64,000 bases of DNA, from IMG/VR virus record IMGVR_UViG_3300043427_001513, positions 5,490 through 69,489 of that record. One strand, written 5' to 3'. The translations under genes were made by a program, and so were the position numbers. The notes beneath the pieces are model-generated. The model was not told where the DNA came from, did no database searches, and was given only the letters and a program-made list of their open reading frames with translations. Positions within the stretch are counted from its first letter, which is position 1. The number at the start of each line of letters is the position of its first letter. This document shows, one piece after another, positions 58,496-64,000 of this stretch. The stretch is from a virus.

Positions 58496-58501
58496 ATGTA
58501 T

Positions 58502-58539
58502 AAAAAAGAAATACCCCCTAGTTTTTTCTAGAGGGTATT
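58502..58539 (-). terminator. Rho-independent terminator
   Basis: The - strand reads AATACCC-t-CTAG-aaaaaa-CTAG-g-GGGTATT followed by TCTTTTTT. Confidence 0.75.
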
Positions 58540-58562
58540 CAGTTAGGTAGAAAGTTCTGCTC

Positions 58563-58865
58563 TTATTCTGGTCTTACAACCGTCATTTCAGGTGCAGCAA
58601 CTTCTTCTTGTTTAGGTGCTTCTTCGTACTCTCCTGTCTCAAGATTAATTACGATATCACCGTAAGTTTCTTTAAGACCTTGCATTTCTGCTTGGAGTGC
58701 TCCGTTTGCATTCTGCATTGCTGCAAAAAGATCAGAATGAACTTTCTGAATTTCTACCAGCTGGGCAGAAGCTTTAAAAAAGTTTCCTTCTGAATCACGG
58801 ATGGCCTGTACTAGACCTTGAACTTTCTCAAGTTCCTCTTGTTGGATTTTGTTTTTCTCAGACAT
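58563..58865 (-). CDS. Small coiled-coil protein (100 aa)
   Basis: Heptad-like body ending LKETYGDIVINLETGEY. A canonical TATATTTG (-7 element) lies upstream at 58890-58897. Confidence 0.75.
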   Translation of the reverse strand: MSEKNKIQQEELEKVQGLVQAIRDSEGNFFKASAQLVEIQKVHSDLFAAMQNANGALQAEMQGLKETYGDIVINLETGEYEEAPKQEEVAAPEMTVVRPE

Positions 58866-58898
58866 AATTTAAAATGTTACGTAACTTGACAAATATAA

Positions 58899-59168
58899 TT
58901 ACTTGCTTTCAGTTTTTTTACTAGCTGCTGGTTTTTTTGCAGCTGGTTTACGTCCTTTACGTGGTTTGCCAGTAGCAGCCTCAGCAACATGAGTTGCTTG
59001 TACTCCTACTTCTTTAACCGCTTCAACAACGTCTTTAGTTTCTTCAACTACTCGTTCAACACGAGCTTCAACTTTTGCTACAGTCTCTTTTACTTCCTCT
59101 ACTTTAGCAACGATCTTTTCGTCAATAGTGGTTTGACCCAGCAACCAGTTCCAAAACTTCTTTAACAT
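58899..59168 (-). CDS. Small hypothetical protein with a V/E/K-rich helix and a basic tail
   Basis: 89-aa ORF tightly packed in the operon. Confidence 0.7.
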   Translation of the reverse strand: MLKKFWNWLLGQTTIDEKIVAKVEEVKETVAKVEARVERVVEETKDVVEAVKEVGVQATHVAEAATGKPRKGRKPAAKKPAASKKTESK

Positions 59169-59178
59169 AATCTATAAA

Positions 59179-59541
59179 TTAACAGTCAACAGCGTCTTCG
59201 TAACCAGCTTGAGCTTTCAGATGACCGTAAGCTTGTGCAAGAAGATCTGCCTCCTCTGCACCAAGAGCTGCTTCAAAGTTGTAGTAAACACGGTAAATAG
59301 GTTCAGCGTGTGCTTCACGAGTTGCAGCAGAAGCATAAGTAGCAACCTCAAAATTCAAGAATGCTTTCTTACTCCATACAACTGTAGTAGTAGGGGGAAC
59401 GGGGTTACCGTCTTCATCAATTTCTGGTTCACCATAAACCAAGTTCTGAGAATCAACAGACTCATAAGTAAGTCTATTAATCTTGTGATAAGCGTCGGCA
59501 AATGTCATACCGAACTTGTCAACTGTAGCTGTTACTGCCAT
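59179..59541 (-). CDS. Small tail-fibre-associated hypothetical protein
   Basis: DAYHKI...QAYGHLKAQAGYEDAVDC pattern I associate with genes next to fibre genes. Function inferred from context. Confidence 0.65.
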   Translation of the reverse strand: MAVTATVDKFGMTFADAYHKINRLTYESVDSQNLVYGEPEIDEDGNPVPPTTTVVWSKKAFLNFEVATYASAATREAHAEPIYRVYYNFEAALGAEEADLLAQAYGHLKAQAGYEDAVDC

Positions 59542-59571
59542 TGTTAAAACGTTTTATTTGTTAGTGTAATT

Positions 59572-59594
59572 ACACTACTAATATACAAAGAAAA
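59572..59594 (-). promoter_or_regulatory. Putative late promoter (GTATATTA)
   Basis: TAATATAC on the + strand at 59579-59586. Confidence 0.5.
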
Positions 59595-59948
59595 TTAATT
59601 TTCCGCAACTACTTCTGTATCAAGCATCGGAGCGGTCCATTCTTCAGTAGCCAGAATAGCTAGAATCTCTTCGTGATTATACTCAATCAGAGCTTCTGTA
59701 TAAAAGCTTGGTCTACCGTATACTCCAGCAAGTACAGTTGTAGTTTGCTCTTCTCCGGTTTCTGGATCTGTAAATGTGTGTACTTCATCTTGCTCTACTA
59801 CGGTAACTTCATACTTAACAAAAGTTTTAGTACCGTCAACAGAGTAACGAAGTGTATCAGGTCCTGATTCTAGTACCTGATTAAAGTTGATGTTTTCTAC
59901 ATCATCGGCTGAAATAATCAACCAGCGTCTGTTAGGAAATCTGCTCAT
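59595..59948 (-). CDS. Small hypothetical protein accompanying LamG tail genes
   Basis: INFNQVLES...TLRYSVDGTKTFVKY...YNHEEILAILATEEWT motifs. Confidence 0.7.
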   Translation of the reverse strand: MSRFPNRRWLIISADDVENINFNQVLESGPDTLRYSVDGTKTFVKYEVTVVEQDEVHTFTDPETGEEQTTTVLAGVYGRPSFYTEALIEYNHEEILAILATEEWTAPMLDTEVVAEN

Positions 59949-59953
59949 TGTGT

Positions 59954-61771
59954 TTATTGTTTAATTCTGTAATAAAGTTCAAGTTGTCTAGTAGGTAGTG
60001 GACCCAAACATCCTCCATCATTGAGTGTGTCTACCCCATATCTAAGATAGGCACCATCAGGTTGAGCATAAGTTTGATTCCACCCGCTACTACCACACAT
60101 TGCATGGCCAGCATTTAGTGTAGAATAACAATCACAAGTATCATCATCTAACATAAAAGAAGCAACTCCTTCTGATACTCGATACTGCCAACTATCTTGT
60201 TGTACTCCATGAAATGCTCCAGCAATAACAGTTGGGTTAAAGGCGCCACCCTCTGCCCATGCACCCTTTGTACCAGCAGTCATTGAGTCCCAAACTCTTT
60301 GTGCAGTAGAAGAAGCATTTGCAAAATCCCATTTATAAATATTACCACTACTGTCTTTTGCAAGAAGTTCTACTTGACTCTTAGTAAGACCTGCCGGTAG
60401 TTTTTGAAAACCATAATGGCTACTAGAATCAAAAGTTCCAAAATCATGACCAAAAGCTTCTGTTTCATGACCAGGCCAACCTACTCCAGTATACCACCAA
60501 AATCTAATCCATCTACCACCATCTGTAGTATTATCATAATAGTAATCTAATCCTTCAAAACGTTTTCTATAGTTTTTAAAATTTGCTTGAACCTCTGCTG
60601 CAGTTAATGATCGGTTGTAAATTTTTACTATCGGTATATCACCATTGGTAACCGCATTATTACCCCCAAATTGTCCAATTAATGGTTGTCCGGAATAATT
60701 TAATGCGGTTGCACTACTACGACTAGCTACCTGTATTCCGTTAATGTATAAACGTACTGTTGTTTTGTCGTCAGTAGCTACTATATGGTAAAAGTTATTA
60801 AGATTAATAGCAGTTCCATAAACTAAATCATAACCACCCGAACCTCCATCATGATGTCTAATTCCTAAGTAAGAAAAGGGGCCCTTTAAATAAAAAATCC
60901 AACCATATAAAGCGCTGTAATTATTTACAATAACACTTCCAATATTTGTACCTGGGTTATGAGCATATAATTTTACTACTGCTTCTACACTATAAATATT
61001 AGGATCAACCGGCTGAGTAAACCCGGTCATTGAAATGTAGTCATTAGTACCGTCCCATGTTACTTGTGCAGTTGCATCAAATGATACATTAGCTAAATCA
61101 ATAGAACTATTTCCTGTTAAGTCTACTAAACCTTGTGTGCTAGAGCGGGTACCGTTTACAAATTGGGTAGCGTGTGATTTTGCTTCAATCTGGAATCTTT
61201 GCATAGCAAACAGAGAATTAGTACTTCCTGATATAACAGGACCCCAGTTTACTTGTCGTGTATTACCTGTGTCTGCCGGTGTCGTGAAAGATTGCTGTAT
61301 AAATACCCACTGTCCAGTTGTAAAACCTTGACTATAAGCTGGACTTGTGGTTCCAGTTCCGTCTGCCTTGTATGTAAAAAAGTAATTTGATATTGATCCA
61401 AAACTGCTGCTATAAAACCAGTAACTTAAAGTATAGGTTGTATTAGGTTCTACTGTTCCATTATAATAGATTCTTCTATTGTTTGCTCCAGCTCCTGTTG
61501 TAATAACTGCACCTTCTCCTGGAAACTTTAAAGGTATAGGAGAGGTAGAAGAATTATAATACTTAAATCCTGTAGCACCTGTTTCACCACTAAAATACCA
61601 GTTTGTACTAACACCATGAGTTTGAGTTCCAGATGTACCTATAAATGTAGGATTAGTAACTATGTTAATCGTAGGCTCACCCTTATAACTATTCCTAGTA
61701 TCACCGGTATCATATGCAAATACTAATGCATCTGCTCCTGCTATCTTTCCGTATCCGTGTCTTACTGCCAT
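59954..61771 (-). CDS. LamG/concanavalin A-like receptor-binding protein with an inserted CBM-like domain and a C-terminal fibrinogen-like extension
   Basis: LVFAYDTGD...SY, WDGTNDY, FYHIVAT...LYING and IYNRSLTAAEV LamG motifs; tail begins DNTTDGGRW. Confidence 0.8.
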   Translation of the reverse strand: MAVRHGYGKIAGADALVFAYDTGDTRNSYKGEPTINIVTNPTFIGTSGTQTHGVSTNWYFSGETGATGFKYYNSSTSPIPLKFPGEGAVITTGAGANNRRIYYNGTVEPNTTYTLSYWFYSSSFGSISNYFFTYKADGTGTTSPAYSQGFTTGQWVFIQQSFTTPADTGNTRQVNWGPVISGSTNSLFAMQRFQIEAKSHATQFVNGTRSSTQGLVDLTGNSSIDLANVSFDATAQVTWDGTNDYISMTGFTQPVDPNIYSVEAVVKLYAHNPGTNIGSVIVNNYSALYGWIFYLKGPFSYLGIRHHDGGSGGYDLVYGTAINLNNFYHIVATDDKTTVRLYINGIQVASRSSATALNYSGQPLIGQFGGNNAVTNGDIPIVKIYNRSLTAAEVQANFKNYRKRFEGLDYYYDNTTDGGRWIRFWWYTGVGWPGHETEAFGHDFGTFDSSSHYGFQKLPAGLTKSQVELLAKDSSGNIYKWDFANASSTAQRVWDSMTAGTKGAWAEGGAFNPTVIAGAFHGVQQDSWQYRVSEGVASFMLDDDTCDCYSTLNAGHAMCGSSGWNQTYAQPDGAYLRYGVDTLNDGGCLGPLPTRQLELYYRIKQ

Positions 61772-61776
61772 AACTC

Positions 61777-62970
61777 TTAGATTGAAAATCGTGATTTAAT
61801 TGCGTTAAAGTTTGATGCTACTTCTGAAGCTGTTAATGCTCGGTTGTATACTTTTGACATATAAACAGTTGTAGATACTGTACTAATATTTTGCATAGCT
61901 GCTCTTGCAACTCCTATAGCGTTTCCTGTATTAGGAACAAAAAAGTTAACATCTCCAACAAGTACACCGTTTACATATGTTTTCCAGTTAGTATTTAGAT
62001 TAACCACTACGATGTGCCTAATTGCACCAGAAACACCTACATATGCAGATTGATTATTGTATGATCCATACTGCCAACCAGATCCACCGACTGGGGCATA
62101 CAAGTTTATTAAAGCACCACTAGAATTTACATAAGCTTGTATAGTAGTTCCCCCACTAGGAGGAACACCATTTCCAGCTGAAAAAATCTGGTAACTTGCA
62201 TTACTTGCTTGCATAACAGTTTCATAGGTAAAATTACCAGCATTTAATGCAACAGGTATATTTAACCAATCATCTGTACCATCAAATGTCATTTGTGCAT
62301 TACTGTCAAATGATACGTTTGTTAAATCAATGGTTGAAGTGCTTTTAAGGTCTATGAGTCCTTGGGTGGCTGATCTAGAAGTTCTAGTAAATGGAGTAAC
62401 ATGTCCCTTTTGCTCCATTTGAGGAGACGTAAGAAAAACTTTATCCCCAGCAGTATCTAAGTAACAACTAATATATGCGGCAGTTACGTTAGTACTTTGT
62501 GTAGTAGCAGTTCCTGATATTCTTATCCATTGATCTCTAGGCCAAGTACCCCAACTTGTAGATCCATTATATCGAAGAGTAACTGCTCCATAATTAGCAG
62601 GTTGGGGTCTAAAATATGGAGCCGATCCAGCCATACCTAAACTATTGCTAGAAGGTATCCAAATATATACAGAGTACGTATATTCTGTACTTGTCGTTAC
62701 TTGATTAGAAAGACCTATTCCTAAGTGAGAGTTACCATTTGTAAGTTTATACATAGACATTACAGGAAGATCTGAAAATAATCTAGGTACGGTGGTATCG
62801 TTATTACTCCAGCTAGCGGTTCCACTATTATTCCAGTAGGTATAATATTCATTTATTACCGCTGTGTTGGTAGTAGGCTCTCCTCTATAAGAGTTACTTA
62901 CATCTCCTAAATCATAGCCAAAGACTAGATTCTCTTCACCGAATGTGTTTGGTCCTACTGAACTTGGCAT
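61777..62970 (-). CDS. LamG/concanavalin A-like receptor-binding protein with an inserted CBM-like domain
   Basis: LVFGYDLGD...SYRGEPT, FDGTDDW, YVNG and VYNRALTASEV. Confidence 0.8.
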   Translation of the reverse strand: MPSSVGPNTFGEENLVFGYDLGDVSNSYRGEPTTNTAVINEYYTYWNNSGTASWSNNDTTVPRLFSDLPVMSMYKLTNGNSHLGIGLSNQVTTSTEYTYSVYIWIPSSNSLGMAGSAPYFRPQPANYGAVTLRYNGSTSWGTWPRDQWIRISGTATTQSTNVTAAYISCYLDTAGDKVFLTSPQMEQKGHVTPFTRTSRSATQGLIDLKSTSTIDLTNVSFDSNAQMTFDGTDDWLNIPVALNAGNFTYETVMQASNASYQIFSAGNGVPPSGGTTIQAYVNSSGALINLYAPVGGSGWQYGSYNNQSAYVGVSGAIRHIVVVNLNTNWKTYVNGVLVGDVNFFVPNTGNAIGVARAAMQNISTVSTTVYMSKVYNRALTASEVASNFNAIKSRFSI

Positions 62971-62982
62971 AACAATATATTT

Positions 62983-63744
62983 TTATAAACCGAATCTTGA
63001 TTTCTGTGCTTGGTAATTTTGCAACACTTCATCAGCTGAAAGAACTCTATTATACATCATACCATTAGCAAAGTCCCCATTAAAAGGTCTCCAAGTTCCT
63101 CCTGGTCCTTGCTCTATAGTTGGTGCATAACCTAATGCACTAACAAAAGCAAGGTTTGTATCTCCGCTCGTATTAATCGTACCATTGCCATATATAATAG
63201 TATTTACAATTCTTGCCACACTTTCTTTTAAAACACCATTGGCATAAAGTTTTACACTGCTGTCTACCGTAACTGTAATATTATTCCACTGACCAAAAGG
63301 ATTTACAATGTGAACTGAGGTGCCCTGAAAAGAATAAGACGTAGTAGTTGAATATGAAAAAGTTGCGCTAACAACACAATTACTTCCACTTTTTGCCATG
63401 TGAATAAAAAATCCACCTGAAGTATTGTAGTTACCTCTAGATATTAAAGAGCAAGTATTACCATTACTGTAAGTATCATTTGCTCTAAACCATATAGAAA
63501 ATGTAGCTACTGCAGGGCTAAGTATTTCGGACGTTACAGAATTATTTATACTAATCCAATCATTAGTACCGTCCAGACTAATAATATTTCCTGAAGGTGC
63601 ACCATTAACAACACTTGCTGTTGATCCAATAAGAGCTGTATTATTAAGAGTAGTGCCTGATCCTGGATATGAGTTTACATCTCCAGCATCCAATGCCAGT
63701 ACCAGGCCTGATGTTACTATTCTAGGATTGTGATGTAGTGCCAT
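62983..63744 (-). CDS. LamG/concanavalin A-like protein
   Basis: IVTSGLVLALDAG...SYPGSG, LDGTNDW, LYANG and YNRVLSADEVLQNY...RFGL. Confidence 0.85.
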   Translation of the reverse strand: MALHHNPRIVTSGLVLALDAGDVNSYPGSGTTLNNTALIGSTASVVNGAPSGNIISLDGTNDWISINNSVTSEILSPAVATFSIWFRANDTYSNGNTCSLISRGNYNTSGGFFIHMAKSGSNCVVSATFSYSTTTSYSFQGTSVHIVNPFGQWNNITVTVDSSVKLYANGVLKESVARIVNTIIYGNGTINTSGDTNLAFVSALGYAPTIEQGPGGTWRPFNGDFANGMMYNRVLSADEVLQNYQAQKSRFGL

Positions 63745-64000
63745 TATCTATTTTCTAAAGCTTCAATTCTTGCCGTTAACTGCTCAATAAGAGACTGTTG
63801 CTCTTTAATTGCTTGCACTAAGATAGGTACAACTTTTTCATATTTTACAGTTTTATATCCATCACTTCTAGTATGCACAGCTGTTGGAACAATCTCCTCA
63901 AGCTGTTGTGCAATAAAACCAATATCGTGACCTTCTCTTTCTGAAACGTTCTCTACTGGTTTCCAGTCAAACTCTACAGGATTAATTTGCTGAACGATAG
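63744..64000 (-). CDS. Tail fibre C-terminus with a Peptidase_S74 intramolecular chaperone, truncated by the window edge
   Basis: Hand-translated: IVQQINPVEFDWK...HDIGFIAQQLEEIVPTAV...GYKTVKYEKVVPILVQAIKEQQSLIEQLTARIEALENR*. Confidence 0.88.
   Translation of the reverse strand, partial: IVQQINPVEFDWKPVENVSEREGHDIGFIAQQLEEIVPTAVHTRSDGYKTVKYEKVVPILVQAIKEQQSLIEQLTARIEALENR

Noticed and set aside
19301-61331. Numerous 60-180 aa opposite-strand or alternate-frame ORFs in the track
   Set aside because: They are nested in or largely overlap long, well-supported genes and have no recognisable motifs, so they are treated as shadow ORFs.
1-64000. Stop-codon reassignment (TAG or TGA recoding known in some crAss-like phages)
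   Set aside because: Genes up to 13.5 kb are uninterrupted in the standard code, coding density is high, and TAG/TGA end genes at coupled junctions.
59954-64000. Diversity-generating retroelement acting on the tail genes
   Set aside because: No reverse transcriptase and no near-identical repeat pair differing only at adenines was visible.
1-64000. CRISPR array, tRNA genes, integrase or transposase
   Set aside because: No regularly spaced direct repeats, cloverleaf-like sequence or recombinase motifs were seen by eye, and intergenic gaps are very short. A tRNAscan run would be needed to fully exclude tRNAs.

Overview
This window is part of the genome of a large dsDNA podophage of Bacteroidota. 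It is crAss-like (Crassvirales or a close relative) and reads in the standard genetic code. An aquatic, Flavobacteria-type host is an inference. Positions 1-10555 (+ strand) are a replication and nucleotide-metabolism arm: the end of an AAA ATPase, a PD-(D/E)xK nuclease, family B DNA polymerase, a DUF932-like protein, ThyX, a DUF5664-like dNTP diphosphohydrolase and dCMP deaminase. Positions 10552-64000 are almost all on the - strand and form the late/virion arm. In coordinate order it holds PhoH, a holin-endolysin pair, three giant ejected cargo proteins including a 4518-aa virion RNA polymerase (DFDID motif), three modular proteins punctuated by xxGG motifs, a 1590-aa muzzle/tail-stabilization protein, two ring proteins, an IHF-like protein, a metallophosphoesterase, Cys-rich FN3 proteins, three LamG paralogs and the end of an S74-chaperone tail fibre. 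The most striking element is a six-gene cassette (12910-18985) between the vRNAP block and the lysis genes that encodes only host-envelope-type proteins. These are a T9SS-sorted cohesin-dockerin-cohesin protein, a membrane-anchored spacer, a CsgG-like lipoprotein, a Gly/Ser-linker beta-barrel protein, a PA14/dockerin-like protein and a second CsgG-like domain. It is a candidate phage-encoded cell-surface display system. All family assignments come from motifs recognised by eye; no database search was run.
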